Positions 24,987 to 34,760 of a stretch of DNA of 64,000 bases are shown one piece after another; positions within the stretch are counted from its first letter, which is position 1, and each line of letters opens with the position of its first letter. Both the position numbers and the translations under genes were made by a program. A model generated the notes under the pieces. That model was not told the DNA's origin. It was given only the letters and a program-made list of their open reading frames with translations, and did not search any database. This DNA comes from Candidatus Poriferisocius sp. (lineage in GTDB: Bacteria > Actinomycetota > Acidimicrobiia > Acidimicrobiales > Bin134): contig OZ242341.1 in assembly GCA_965208545.1 (NCBI GenBank), positions 3,492,288 through 3,556,287 on the forward strand, written 5' to 3'.

Positions 24987-26651
24987 CTAAGACGGGATGA
25001 GATCGAACCCCTCGTAGCCGGCGGCGGCCACTTGATCACACTTCTCGGCGTAGTCGGGGAAGCCGGGCAGAGGCATGAACACTCGGGTCTTGCCGGGGAT
25101 GTTGGCCCCCAGGTACCAGGAGTTGCAGGTGGGGTACAGCGTGTAGCTGGCTACCAGGTTCACGTGGTCCACCCAGGCTTCGGTGGCCTGCTCGGAGGCC
25201 TCGATGTGGCGGTGGCCGTTAGCCCGCATGTGGCTGATGCAGTCGCCAATCCAGTCCACGTGCTGTTCGATGCACACGATCATGTTGGCCAGCACTGAAG
25301 GGCTGCCCGGGCCGGTGATGGTGAACATGTTGGGGAAGCCGGGTACTCCCAGGCCAAGGTAGGTACGGGGTCCGGCATACCACTGCTCGCCTAAGGGGAG
25401 CCCGCCGCGGCCCTGGATGTCGATGCGGAGCAACGAGCCGGTCATGGCGTCGTAGCCGGTGGCAAACACGATCACATCCAGGTCGTATTCGGTGCCGTCG
25501 GCGGTGCGCAGGCCGCCTGGGGTGATCTCGTCAATGGTGTTCTCGCTGATGTCCACCAAGGTGACGTTGTCGCGGTTGAACGTCACGAAGTAGTCGGTGT
25601 CGAGCACCAGCCGCTTGCAACCGATGTAAGTGGTGGGGATGAGCCGCTCCGCTATCTCGGGATCCTTCACCGTCTCGCGGATCTTGTCTTTGACGAAGTC
25701 GGCAGCCACGTGGTTGGCCTCGGGGGTGCGGGCAATATCGCTGTAGGCGCCGAGGAAGGCGAAGCCGCCGATCTCCCAGCGGGTGTCGAACTCCTTGAAC
25801 GCTTCCTCTACCTCGACATCGAGAACTGAACCTTCGTTCCAGTCAAAGCGGGCGCCTAACGCGCCTTGCTGGGACTTGTTCTTCTCCCGGAGCTTGCGAT
25901 AGTTGGCCTTGACCTCGGCTTGCTCGACAGGGTCGAGAGGGTGATTGCGGGCCGGAATGGCGTATTGCGGCGTGCGCTGGAACACGGTGAGATGCTCGGC
26001 GGTCTCCGCGATCACAGGAATGGCTTGAATCCCCGATGAACCGGTGCCGATTATGCCGACCCGCTTGCCGGTGAAGTCGATGCCCTCTTTGGGGTAGCGG
26101 CCGGTGTGGCATATCTCGCCTTCGAACGAGTCGGTGCCCTCGATGTCGGGAACATTGGAGGACGAAAGACAGCCCACCGCGGTGATGAGGTACTCAGCGG
26201 ACACCAGATCGGCGTCGGGACCGGCAGGGGCGTGGTTGTGATCGATGTGGTCCACCGCAGGGGCGCTGCTGATGAGCCAGCGCCCGGATTCGTCGTCAAA
26301 GGCCGCCGTGGTGACCTTGGTGTTGAATTGCATGTCCCGATACAGGTCGTAGCGCTCGGCCACGTGCTGGGCGTAGCGGAGGATCTCGGGCTGACCCGGA
26401 TAGCGCTCGGTCCACTCCCATTCCTGCTCCAGTTCGGGATCGAAGCTGTAGCAATACTCCAGGCTCTCCACATCGCAGCGGGCGCCGGGATAGCGGTTCC
26501 AGTACCAGGTGCCGCCCACGTCGTCGCCGGTCTCATAGACCTTGGCGGTCAGCCCCATTTGCCGCAGCTTGTAGAGCATGTAGATGCCGGCAAATCCGGC
26601 GCCGATGACCACGGCGTCGTAGTGGACAGGATTCTGGTCGTTGGTGCTCAT
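24987..26651 (-). CDS. Baeyer-Villiger (flavin-containing, type I) monooxygenase
   Basis: FAD motif VVIGAGFAGIY, BVMO fingerprint FEGEICHTGRYP, NADPH motif VGIIGTGSSGIQ. Start chosen at MSTNDQNPVHYDAVV (ATG 26651). Confidence 0.85.
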   Translation of the reverse strand: MSTNDQNPVHYDAVVIGAGFAGIYMLYKLRQMGLTAKVYETGDDVGGTWYWNRYPGARCDVESLEYCYSFDPELEQEWEWTERYPGQPEILRYAQHVAERYDLYRDMQFNTKVTTAAFDDESGRWLISSAPAVDHIDHNHAPAGPDADLVSAEYLITAVGCLSSSNVPDIEGTDSFEGEICHTGRYPKEGIDFTGKRVGIIGTGSSGIQAIPVIAETAEHLTVFQRTPQYAIPARNHPLDPVEQAEVKANYRKLREKNKSQQGALGARFDWNEGSVLDVEVEEAFKEFDTRWEIGGFAFLGAYSDIARTPEANHVAADFVKDKIRETVKDPEIAERLIPTTYIGCKRLVLDTDYFVTFNRDNVTLVDISENTIDEITPGGLRTADGTEYDLDVIVFATGYDAMTGSLLRIDIQGRGGLPLGEQWYAGPRTYLGLGVPGFPNMFTITGPGSPSVLANMIVCIEQHVDWIGDCISHMRANGHRHIEASEQATEAWVDHVNLVASYTLYPTCNSWYLGANIPGKTRVFMPLPGFPDYAEKCDQVAAAGYEGFDLIPS

Positions 26652-26686
26652 GGTGGTTTGGGAGTGATTCGGGTCGGGTATGGAAC

Positions 26687-27940
26687 TCAGGCTGCGGGGC
26701 GCAGCTTGTAGCGCACCGGCAGCTTCTTGGCGCCAACGATGAGGTTGGACTCGGTGCGAACGATCGGGCCGGCTGGCTCGATCTCGACCACCCGTTCGGC
26801 CATCTGCTTGATGAGGGCCTGGGTGCTGGCCCGGGCCAGGTGCGCCCCCAAGCAATAGTGCTCGGCCCAGCCGAACCCCAGATGGCGATTGGGATGACGC
26901 CCGATGTCGAAGTCATTGGGGCGGTCGAACACGGTCTCATCCCGATTGCCCGAGGCGTAAAACATCACCACGAAGTCGCCTTCTTTCACCGGCTGACCGG
27001 CCACGGTGGCATCAGCCATGGCGGTGCGCTTCATGTAGTTGACCGGGGTGGACCACCGAACAACCTCTTCTACCGCATCTTTGATTAGTTCCGGGTTTTC
27101 CCTCAGCCGCTGAAGCTGGTCGGGATTGGCCAAGAACGCCTCTAGCGCACCCGACAGTCCGTTGCGAGTGGTGTCGTGCCCGGCGGTGAACACGATGAGG
27201 TAGTAGCCAAATGTCTCGATTTCGGGCAGGGCCTCGCCGGTGGGCAGATGGGCATTGGCCAACATGGTGGCCAAATCCTCTTGGGGATTTGCCTGGCGGT
27301 CTTTGATGATGCGGTCGAACATGGCGTAGAACTCCAAGCCCACTTCCAGGCTGGCCTCGTAGCGGCTGTCGGCCTTCCGCTGGTAGTCGGGATCGTCGCC
27401 CGACAGCAACTGCTGGGTCAGAACCAGCAGGCGCTCCTCATCTTCTTGGTCGATGCCCAGAATGGTGGACAACACCCGCAGCGGATGGCGCTGGGCGATG
27501 ACGTCCACAAAATCGCACTCCCCCTCGTCGCCCAGGCTGTCGAGCAGGGCCTTGGCGCTGTCGTGGACGATCTGGTCGAGCTGGCCTATGCCCCGGGGGG
27601 TGAAGAACCCGCTGGCCACCTTGCGGTAGAGACGATGCTCAGGCGGATCCATGCTGATGATGGTCCGCATTTGGCTGATGATGCTGCCGTGCTTCTCCAA
27701 ATCGGCGACCTGCTGGTCGCTGCGCACCGCAATGCTGTCGGCCTCGTTGCTGAACAACTCGGGCTGCATGGAGACTTCGATGATGTCGGCATGGCGAGTT
27801 ACGGCCCAGAAGTTCTGGTAGCCGTCGGGCTCGCACCAATGCACCGGAGAGTTTTGGCGCATCCAGGCCACCAATTCGTGGGGATGCCCGTTGGCGCCGT
27901 AGCGCTTGGGGGAGATGAGATCTAGGGGGTCGACGTCCAC
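26687..27940 (-). CDS. Cytochrome P450
   Basis: Heme-thiolate loop FGWAEHYCLGAHLA, I-helix FTAGHDTT, ExxR EEVVRW. Confidence 0.9.
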   Translation of the reverse strand: MDVDPLDLISPKRYGANGHPHELVAWMRQNSPVHWCEPDGYQNFWAVTRHADIIEVSMQPELFSNEADSIAVRSDQQVADLEKHGSIISQMRTIISMDPPEHRLYRKVASGFFTPRGIGQLDQIVHDSAKALLDSLGDEGECDFVDVIAQRHPLRVLSTILGIDQEDEERLLVLTQQLLSGDDPDYQRKADSRYEASLEVGLEFYAMFDRIIKDRQANPQEDLATMLANAHLPTGEALPEIETFGYYLIVFTAGHDTTRNGLSGALEAFLANPDQLQRLRENPELIKDAVEEVVRWSTPVNYMKRTAMADATVAGQPVKEGDFVVMFYASGNRDETVFDRPNDFDIGRHPNRHLGFGWAEHYCLGAHLARASTQALIKQMAERVVEIEPAGPIVRTESNLIVGAKKLPVRYKLRPAA

Positions 27941-27963
27941 GTATGAAACGTTAGTGCAACCCC

Positions 27964-29052
27964 TTACTGACTCAATATTCCGCTGCGTTGGATGATGTCT
28001 TCGGTGGCCTCAAAGCCGCCGCCGAGGGCGTCAAAGTCAACGGAGCCGATCGACAGGGCGGCCAGCGGGGGCAGCACCGGGTTGGGCTCAACCCCGCCAG
28101 CGAGGGGGTATTCGTAGGTGTTTCTCGTAAAGAAGTGCTGCGCAGACGGCGAGAGTAAGTAGGCAATGAAGCTCTGGGCTGCTTCCCGATCTTCCACGTT
28201 CTTGGTCATTGTGGCCGCCGTGATAATGAGCAGCGAACCAATGTCCTCATCGGACAAGTCGTAGTTGGCCGCCCGATGCTGCTCACCTGCCGCCTCAGCG
28301 TCGGCGGCCAGTCGGTAGTTGTAATAGTGGTTCACCAGCCCTACGTCGATCTCGCCCCTAGCGGCCGCCTCCACGATGGCCACATTGTTGGGGTAATAGC
28401 GGGCGTCGTTGTCCACCATGTCGCTCAGCCACTCGGTGGCCACCTCGTTGCCGTACTGGTCGCGGAACACGGTGAACCAGTCCACGAACGAACCGTTGGT
28501 GGCCGGTATGGCCACTCGTCCCCTCCACTCCGGTTCAGTGAGGTCGAAGACCGAGGTCGGGAGCTCGGAGGGGGGCACGCTGTCGAGATTGTGGACCAGC
28601 ACCCGCTTGCGGCCGGAAAAGCCGATCCAAGTGCCGTTGTCCCCCCGATGGTCGTCGTCGACCAGGTCGAGCACGCTGCTGTCCATAGAGGTGAGCAGGC
28701 CATTCGCCTCCAGGAAACCCACCGGCCCGGGAGAACGGGAGATGAAGACGTCGGCCTCGGTGCGGTCGCCTTCGGTGTCGATCAAGAGGGCCAAATCGGT
28801 GGACGAACCCCAGCGAACCCGGACTGATGTGCCGCTCTCGCAGGCGAACGCGTCGAAGACGGGCTTCATCAGGTTCTCACTTCGACCGGAGTAAACGGTT
28901 ACCGAAGTGCCGTTGTCGTCGGCGCACTTACCGTCGTAGACAGTGGCGGCCACGCCTTCCAGTTTCGTGCCGCTGTCGCCACCGCAGGCCGCAACCAAAA
29001 GGGCTACCGCAAGTAGTGCGCCAGCCAGCCCAGTACGGGAATTCTTGCTCAT
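27964..29052 (-). CDS. Extracellular solute-binding lipoprotein, Fe(III)-type (AfuA/FbpA-like)
   Basis: Lipobox LLVAAC-GG. VTVYSGRSENLMKPVFDAF...DVFISRSPG...GFSGRKRVLVHN is typical of the family-1 iron SBP fold. No cognate permease or ATPase is adjacent. Confidence 0.7.
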   Translation of the reverse strand: MSKNSRTGLAGALLAVALLVAACGGDSGTKLEGVAATVYDGKCADDNGTSVTVYSGRSENLMKPVFDAFACESGTSVRVRWGSSTDLALLIDTEGDRTEADVFISRSPGPVGFLEANGLLTSMDSSVLDLVDDDHRGDNGTWIGFSGRKRVLVHNLDSVPPSELPTSVFDLTEPEWRGRVAIPATNGSFVDWFTVFRDQYGNEVATEWLSDMVDNDARYYPNNVAIVEAAARGEIDVGLVNHYYNYRLAADAEAAGEQHRAANYDLSDEDIGSLLIITAATMTKNVEDREAAQSFIAYLLSPSAQHFFTRNTYEYPLAGGVEPNPVLPPLAALSIGSVDFDALGGGFEATEDIIQRSGILSQ

Positions 29053-29075
29053 GGCTGCGGAACCCTAGGAGGGCC

Positions 29076-29129
29076 GTGTCAGTTTGTCAAGTTAGCCTAA
29101 CAATTACCGTATGGATGACAAAATGACAC
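29076..29129. promoter_or_regulatory. Operator candidates upstream of the iron-type SBP: a 14-bp inverted repeat pair and a DtxR/IdeR-like core
   Basis: GTGTCAGTTTGTCA (29076-29089) matches the reverse complement of TGACAAAATGACAC (29116-29129) at 13/14 positions. Between them, GTTAGCCTAAC (29091-29101) matches the central GTTAG-S-CTAAC of the IdeR/DtxR iron-box consensus, and 13/19 positions match over the full box. Confidence 0.4.
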
Positions 29130-30350
29130 CTAGGCAGCCGGTTTGACGGATTGCCAGCGCAGCGGCATTTCCACGTAACCGTCGACCAGGCTGGAGTGCA
29201 GACGGGGCAGAGTGCGGGGGTCGTCCACTCCCAGCTCCAGACCCTCGAAGCGGTCGACAATGCCCTCGAACATCATCTTGGCCTCCAGGCGGGCCAGCGA
29301 CGCCCCCAGACAGAAATGGGGTCCGCCGGCGCCGAAGGCCACGTGTTGGCTGGCGTCTCTGGTCACGTCCAGCGTGTCGGGATTCTCGAAGGCCCGCTCG
29401 TCGCGATTGGCCGACGGATACCAGATCACCACCGGTTCGCCCGCTTTGATCTCCTGGCCCCCCACCACGGTGTCGTAGCTGGGCCGGCGCACGAATTGCA
29501 TCACCGGAGTGACATAGCGCAGCAGCTCTTCTACGGCATTGGGAACGAGCGACAAGTCGTCCTTGAGCATCTGCAACTGGTCGGGGTTGCGGATGAGCTC
29601 CAGCGTGCCGGTGGTGATGAGGTTGCGGGTGGTCTCGGAGCCCGCATTTTGCAGGAGCATGAAGAACACGTCGATCTGCATTTGGTCGAGCGACTCGCCA
29701 TCAATTTCGGCCTCCATGAGCACGCTGATGAGGTCGTCGTGGGGTTCTTTCTTGCGGATCTCGCACATCTGGTCGGCATAGGCGAACATCTGCGCTCCAG
29801 CTTCGACCATCTCGTCAGAGGTGTACTTCTCGTCAAAGCCAAAGGTGATCTCAGTCCAGTGGAAGATCTGGTGGCGGTCTTCCTCGGGCACCCCCACCAA
29901 ATCGGCAATCACCTGCAAGGGCAGCTCCACTGCGATCTCGCTAACCATCTCACAGCCGGTCTTGTCCGAAACCTGGTCGATCAGCCGATCGACCTGGGCC
30001 TGGATCCGTTCCTCCAAGTCCCGAACTCGGCGAGGGGTGAACCCCCGGTTGACGAGCTTGCGCATCTTGGTGTGATCGGGCGGGTCGAGGCTGATGAGCA
30101 TTTGCGAGTTGGAGCCGTCATCCACCGCAGGGGGCTGGTCTCCGGCCAGGAAGGGATTGGGCTGGTTCTTGAAGCAATCCGAGTCGCGCGACACCCGCTG
30201 CACGTCGGCGTGGCGGGCGACGTTCCAGAAACCGCCCCACACCGGATGCTCGCTCCAGAACACCGGCTCGGTATCCCGCTTGTGGCGGAAATAGTCGTGG
30301 GGAAATCCGTTCTTGAATGTCGCGGGGTTCCAAAGCTCCAGTGCTTCCAT
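29130..30350 (-). CDS. Cytochrome P450
   Basis: Heme loop FGAGGPHFCLGASLA, I-helix NAGSETT, ExxR EELLRY. Confidence 0.9.
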   Translation of the reverse strand: MEALELWNPATFKNGFPHDYFRHKRDTEPVFWSEHPVWGGFWNVARHADVQRVSRDSDCFKNQPNPFLAGDQPPAVDDGSNSQMLISLDPPDHTKMRKLVNRGFTPRRVRDLEERIQAQVDRLIDQVSDKTGCEMVSEIAVELPLQVIADLVGVPEEDRHQIFHWTEITFGFDEKYTSDEMVEAGAQMFAYADQMCEIRKKEPHDDLISVLMEAEIDGESLDQMQIDVFFMLLQNAGSETTRNLITTGTLELIRNPDQLQMLKDDLSLVPNAVEELLRYVTPVMQFVRRPSYDTVVGGQEIKAGEPVVIWYPSANRDERAFENPDTLDVTRDASQHVAFGAGGPHFCLGASLARLEAKMMFEGIVDRFEGLELGVDDPRTLPRLHSSLVDGYVEMPLRWQSVKPAA

Positions 30351-30368
30351 CCCTGCCTCCTCAGTTCT

Positions 30369-31154
30369 CTAGTTCGAGGGCTTTCGGCCGACCACGGCGA
30401 TCGAGACTGTGCTCATCATGACAAATCCAGGCGCTCGAACCTGAGCCAGAGCGGTCTCACCGTCTTCGGAGGTCACCAGGCCGGCCTCCACCAGCCGGGG
30501 TATAGCCCGCTCTAAAGCCATGAACCACCACTCCCCTCCCGGCTCGCCGGGTCGCATTGCCCACACGTCGCCGATGACGTCGATATCGGCCGCTCCTAGG
30601 TCGCGGAAGCGACCGGTCAGCCGCACGCCGTAGTCGGCGTCGCGCCAATCGGTTGTCGTCCCCATCGACACGAAGCGGTGGACGGTGGCATAGGGCTCGG
30701 GCAGCGACTGTTCGGCAAAGGATGCGAAAGCGCCGTCCTCGGCCACCAACCAGCCTCCGGGGACCAGGGCACTCCACAGCTTCTCGATCACCTGATCGCG
30801 CTCGGGCAGGTGCTGGAGCACGGCTCGGGCGTGGACCAGGTCGAACGCGGAGGTGGGCACGGGATCGCGGGTCACGTCGTGTTGCTCCACTACCACGTTG
30901 GGCAACACAGGGCGGTGGAATTGGAGGTCGACATCGGTGGACCACACCGTGCCGTCGGGTCCCACGCGCTTGCCCAGCCAGGCCGACACCGTGCCGCCGC
31001 CGGCGCCCACCTCCCAGCACCGCCACCCAGGGCTCAGCCCGGTGCCGTCCAGAATGCGGCGGGTGCGAGGGTCGCGGGCCTCGGCCAACATCTCGAGGCG
31101 GCTGCGCTCGATCTCCACCTCTTCATCGCGAACTCCGTAGCGATCCTCGGCCAT
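30369..31154 (-). CDS. Class I SAM-dependent methyltransferase
   Basis: SAM motif I CWEVGAGGGTVSAWL. Start chosen at MAEDRYGV (ATG 31154); the ORF track extends to 31295. Confidence 0.75.
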   Translation of the reverse strand: MAEDRYGVRDEEVEIERSRLEMLAEARDPRTRRILDGTGLSPGWRCWEVGAGGGTVSAWLGKRVGPDGTVWSTDVDLQFHRPVLPNVVVEQHDVTRDPVPTSAFDLVHARAVLQHLPERDQVIEKLWSALVPGGWLVAEDGAFASFAEQSLPEPYATVHRFVSMGTTTDWRDADYGVRLTGRFRDLGAADIDVIGDVWAMRPGEPGGEWWFMALERAIPRLVEAGLVTSEDGETALAQVRAPGFVMMSTVSIAVVGRKPSN

Positions 31155-31202
31155 GGGCGCTTCCCCTCTGTATGTGCCAGCGCAATACCGTATCGTCGCA
31201 GC

Positions 31203-32444
31203 GTGGGCGAGCACGCAGAGGACACTGCCGAACAAGCCGCATTCCGGGCAGAGGCGCGGGCCTGGTTGGAAGCTGGAGCCCCTCTGCGGGAGCACGGCAA
31301 CGGGTGGTCAACCCGTACAACCCACCCCGACGCCGCGGCGGAGAGGGCCCACATGGACCGCTGCCGGGCGTGGCAGCGAGAGCTATACGAAAGCGGATGG
31401 GCGGCCATCGACTGGCCCGTCGACCACGGCGGCCGAGGCGGAGAAAGATGGCAGCGGCAGATCTTCCAGCAAGAAGCCGCCCAGTTCGATGTCACCAGCG
31501 GCTTTCTCGCCGCGGGCATCGCCCTGGCCGGGCCAGCCATCGGTCACTTCGGCACCGATGAGCAGAAAGCCCGCCATCTGAAGCCCATGCTGCGAGGCGA
31601 TGTGGTGTGGTGCCAGCTATTCAGCGAGCCCGGCGCCGGGTCGGATCTGGCCAACTTGGCGACCAGGGCCGAACGGGACGGCGACGAGTTCGTGGTGAAC
31701 GGACAGAAGGTGTGGAACTCCTCAGCCCACTTATCGGACTGGGGAATCCTGTTGACCCGCACTGACCCCGACGCCCCCAAGCACAAGGGCATCACCTTCT
31801 TTCTGGTCGACATGGCCACCCCCGGCGTGGATCCCCGACCCATTCGCACTATCAACGGGTCGGCCCATTTCAATGAGGTGTTTTTGAGCGATGTGCGGAT
31901 CCCAGCCGAGAACGTTCTGGGCGACGTAAACAATGGGTGGGCGGTGGCCCGACTGGTGCTGGCCAATGAGTCCACCATGATTGGCGGCGGCATGGACCGG
32001 GCCGACAGCACAGCCAACCTGATCGCCCTGGCCCGGCGGTGGGGCACATCCCAAGACCCGATGGTTCGCCAGGAACTGGCCCAGGCCTACACCAAAGAGA
32101 AGCTGCTGGACTGGATGGGCCGGCGACTGCAAGAGGACGTGCGCCAGGGTCGCCGGCCCACCTTCGACGGGTCGGTGTTGAAGGTGTACTGGTCGGAGAG
32201 CCGCCGGGACCGGGGCAATCTCGGCGTGGGGATGCTGGGGGGACACGGGGTGGCCGGCGACCACGCCGACACCGCGGTGTGGGCCAATGAAGCGCTGAAC
32301 CGGTTTTGGGGGTCGATCGGCGGGGGCACCGATGAGGTGCACCGCAACAACATGGCTGAGCGGGTGCTCGGCTTGCCCCCCGAACCCCGGGTGGACAAGC
32401 ACGTCCCATGGCGGGAGCAGGTGGGCGGAACAGGCTCAAGATGA
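31203..32444 (+). CDS. Acyl-CoA dehydrogenase family protein
   Basis: WCQLFSEPGAGSDLANLATRAERDGDEFVVNGQKVWNS is typical of the ACAD middle domain. GTG at 31203 is in frame. The upstream part of the 588-aa ORF is antisense to the methyltransferase. Confidence 0.85.
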   Translation: MGEHAEDTAEQAAFRAEARAWLEAGAPLREHGNGWSTRTTHPDAAAERAHMDRCRAWQRELYESGWAAIDWPVDHGGRGGERWQRQIFQQEAAQFDVTSGFLAAGIALAGPAIGHFGTDEQKARHLKPMLRGDVVWCQLFSEPGAGSDLANLATRAERDGDEFVVNGQKVWNSSAHLSDWGILLTRTDPDAPKHKGITFFLVDMATPGVDPRPIRTINGSAHFNEVFLSDVRIPAENVLGDVNNGWAVARLVLANESTMIGGGMDRADSTANLIALARRWGTSQDPMVRQELAQAYTKEKLLDWMGRRLQEDVRQGRRPTFDGSVLKVYWSESRRDRGNLGVGMLGGHGVAGDHADTAVWANEALNRFWGSIGGGTDEVHRNNMAERVLGLPPEPRVDKHVPWREQVGGTGSR

Positions 32445-32517
32445 CCTCTTGAATTCACCTCTTGTTCATCTCGGTCGCGATCACACTTGCCGATTGCGGA
32501 AGTAAGCTGATCCCAAC

Positions 32518-33117
32518 ATGGCTGACCAAGCCACTTTCGCCGACCAGGCCATGGTCTACATGGACCAGCTTTATTCGGCGGCCCGGCGGATGACCCGGAA
32601 TGCGGCCGACGCCGAAGACTTGGTGCAAGAGACCTACTTGCGGGCCTATCGGGGCTTCGGCAACTTCCAACAGGGCACCAACCTGCGGGCTTGGCTGTTC
32701 CGAATCCTCACCAATGCGTTCATCAACTCCTACCGGAGCAAGCAGCGCAGGCCGCAGTCGGTAGACCTGGCCGGGGTCGAGGACCTTTACCTGCACCAGC
32801 GTCTGGGGGGCGACACCAAAGCCGCCCTGGGGGCCAGCGCCGAGGACGTGCTGATGGAAACGATCACCGAATCGGAGATCATCGACGCCCTGGAGTCGCT
32901 CCCCGAGGAGTACCGGATTTCCGTGCTCTTGGCCGATGTGGAGGGTTTCGCCTACAAGGAGATCGCCGAAATTTTGGACGTGCCCATAGGCACGGTAATG
33001 AGCAGGCTGCATCGGGGAAGAAAAACGCTGCAAAAGCGGTTGTTAGAGTTCGGAAAGACAAGGGGCTGGGTGGATCCACCCGACCCCGACCGGGCGCCGG
33101 CTCCGGCTGGCATCTGA
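32518..33117 (+). CDS. ECF (group 4) RNA polymerase sigma factor, SigH/SigR-like
   Basis: Region 2 is [16 protein letters not shown] and [13 protein letters not shown]. Region 4 is [31 protein letters not shown]. Confidence 0.9.
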   Translation: MADQATFADQAMVYMDQLYSAARRMTRNAADAEDLVQETYLRAYRGFGNFQQGTNLRAWLFRILTNAFINSYRSKQRRPQSVDLAGVEDLYLHQRLGGDTKAALGASAEDVLMETITESEIIDALESLPEEYRISVLLADVEGFAYKEIAEILDVPIGTVMSRLHRGRKTLQKRLLEFGKTRGWVDPPDPDRAPAPAGI

Positions 33118-33134
33118 TTATCGGAGGCACTGCG

Positions 33135-33419
33135 ATGACGAGGGATGAGCCTTGCTTGGGGGTTCCCAATCAATGCGACCTCTCGCGCCAGCTCATCGCC
33201 CAGGCCCTGGACGGCCAGCCCAGCGTGGAAGACGTCAGCCGAGCACGAATCGAACTGGCCAACTGCCTTCCCTGCGTTCAGATCCTCGATGTAGAGGTGC
33301 AGTTCAAGCTGGCCATGAGCCAGGCCTGCCGGGAATCGGCCCCCGCCTCCCTGCAAATCCGCATCACCGAGACCCTCCAACGGGTGGTGCTCGACGACCT
33401 GGACATCCAGGATTTTTGA
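33135..33419 (+). CDS. Zinc-associated anti-sigma factor (ZAS, RsrA/RshA-like)
   Basis: 94 aa, immediately downstream of the sigma gene. The Cys pattern C7...C14...NCLPC...C resembles RsrA, but the His of HxxxCxxC is Glu here. Confidence 0.6.
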   Translation: MTRDEPCLGVPNQCDLSRQLIAQALDGQPSVEDVSRARIELANCLPCVQILDVEVQFKLAMSQACRESAPASLQIRITETLQRVVLDDLDIQDF

Positions 33420-33479
33420 GCAGTCACGGCCGGGTTGCCCGGCATGGAGTGTTCCCAAGCAGACCACTAGGGTGAGCAC

Positions 33480-33656
33480 ATGGATTTGATCGCCGCCGTC
33501 GTGTGGCACTGGTGGATCGCCCTGCTGCTGGTAATCGGGACCGTTCCCTTGGTTATCGCCACCATCGTCGGCTACTTCACCAAGGTGGTCGGACCCCGCT
33601 ACAACAGTCGGCACCAGCGGGAAACCAGATCTCAGAGTGCCGACGACACCGACTAG
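33480..33656 (+). CDS. Small (58-aa) single-TM protein
   Basis: MDLIAAVVWHWWIALLLVIGTVPLVIATIVGYF followed by a basic tail. It is below the ORF-track cutoff, and no homology could be judged. Confidence 0.3.
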   Translation: MDLIAAVVWHWWIALLLVIGTVPLVIATIVGYFTKVVGPRYNSRHQRETRSQSADDTD

Positions 33657-33674
33657 AAGCGGCGGACATCGCCG

Positions 33675-34760
33675 GTGGTTGTTGCAGCCGACCCGGTCGA
33701 CTGGCGTCTGGCTGAACGGGTAGCCAAGAAGGTCGGCGGCCACGAGCCCTTCCTCGACTCCTACCACTACCGCGGCCTCTCCCCCGAACTGACCGAACTG
33801 ACCGCCCAAGCCGAGGAGCTGGTGGCCGCGGAAACGGGCTTGAATTCGATGGCGGGGGCGGCCCGAGCCCAGGTCACCACCCGGGCCGGTTGGGTGGCTG
33901 CCAATGTGGCCTCATTCCAGCGGCTGCTTCGCCCGGTGACCGACAAGATGGCCGAGCGGGTGTCGCAGACGTGGTTCGCCCCCGTGGCCCAGCGGGTGAG
34001 CGGTACCGAGATGGGAGCGGTGCTGGGGTGGATGTCCACCCGGGTGCTGGGCCAGTACGACCTGCTCATCATCGAAGACGACCGGCCCGAAGACCAGGAC
34101 ATGGTCTACTACGTGGGGCCCAATGTGATGGCTCTCGAGCACAAACACGGTTTCGACCCCCGCCAGTTCCGGCTGTGGCTGGCATTGCACGAGACCACCC
34201 ACCGGGCCCAGTTCACCGGCATCGAGTGGCTCCGCCCCTACTTCCTAGGCCTGGTGCAAGACGCCCTCGATGCGGCCGAGCCCGATTTGGAGCACTTCAA
34301 GCAGGTGGCCAAGCAGGTGCTAGACGCCCGTCGGCGGGGCGAGGACCCGTTGGCCGACGGAGGCCTCCCCGCCTTGTTGGCCACCCCCGAGCAGAAGGTG
34401 GTGCTGGATCGAATCGGCGGCATGATGAGCCTGCTCGAGGGCCACGGCGACATCACCATGGACCGGGCTGGTGCCAATCGCATTCCCGATGCCAGCCGGT
34501 TTGCCCGGGTGCTGCGCCACCGCCGCAACTCGGCCAAGGGGGTGTCCAAGATGGTGCAGCGCATCATCGGCATCGAGGCCAAGCTGAACCAGTACGCCGC
34601 CGGCGAGGCGTTTATCGAGACGGTGGAGGCCCGCGGCGGGCCCGAGCTCTTGAACCGGGTGTGGGAGTCGTCCGACCGGCTGCCCACCATGACCGAGATC
34701 CGCAACCCCCAGCAATGGATCGACCGGGTCAACGGCACCCCCGCCGAAGCGGCCGTTTGA
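33675..34760 (+). CDS. Zinc-dependent metalloprotease (actinobacterial DUF2342-type, upstream of tilS)
   Basis: HExxH in WLALHETTHRAQF. It occupies the conserved position before tilS-hpt seen in actinobacteria. Confidence 0.75.
   Translation: MVVAADPVDWRLAERVAKKVGGHEPFLDSYHYRGLSPELTELTAQAEELVAAETGLNSMAGAARAQVTTRAGWVAANVASFQRLLRPVTDKMAERVSQTWFAPVAQRVSGTEMGAVLGWMSTRVLGQYDLLIIEDDRPEDQDMVYYVGPNVMALEHKHGFDPRQFRLWLALHETTHRAQFTGIEWLRPYFLGLVQDALDAAEPDLEHFKQVAKQVLDARRRGEDPLADGGLPALLATPEQKVVLDRIGGMMSLLEGHGDITMDRAGANRIPDASRFARVLRHRRNSAKGVSKMVQRIIGIEAKLNQYAAGEAFIETVEARGGPELLNRVWESSDRLPTMTEIRNPQQWIDRVNGTPAEAAV

Noticed and set aside
24965-25039. N-terminal extensions of ORF-track models (sulfatase 3 to 25039; BVMO to 26855; methyltransferase to 31295; ACAD from 30678; Mod from 42327; tilS from 33890)
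   Set aside because: The extensions overlap neighbouring genes or are Arg/Pro-rich and non-homologous to the paralogs. Internal starts that align with family N-termini were preferred.
32445-32517. Search for a SigH/SigR-type autoregulatory promoter (GGAAT-N18-GTTG) upstream of the ECF sigma gene
   Set aside because: Only loose matches were found (GAATT...GTCG; GGAAG with no GTT at the right spacing), which is not enough to call a promoter.
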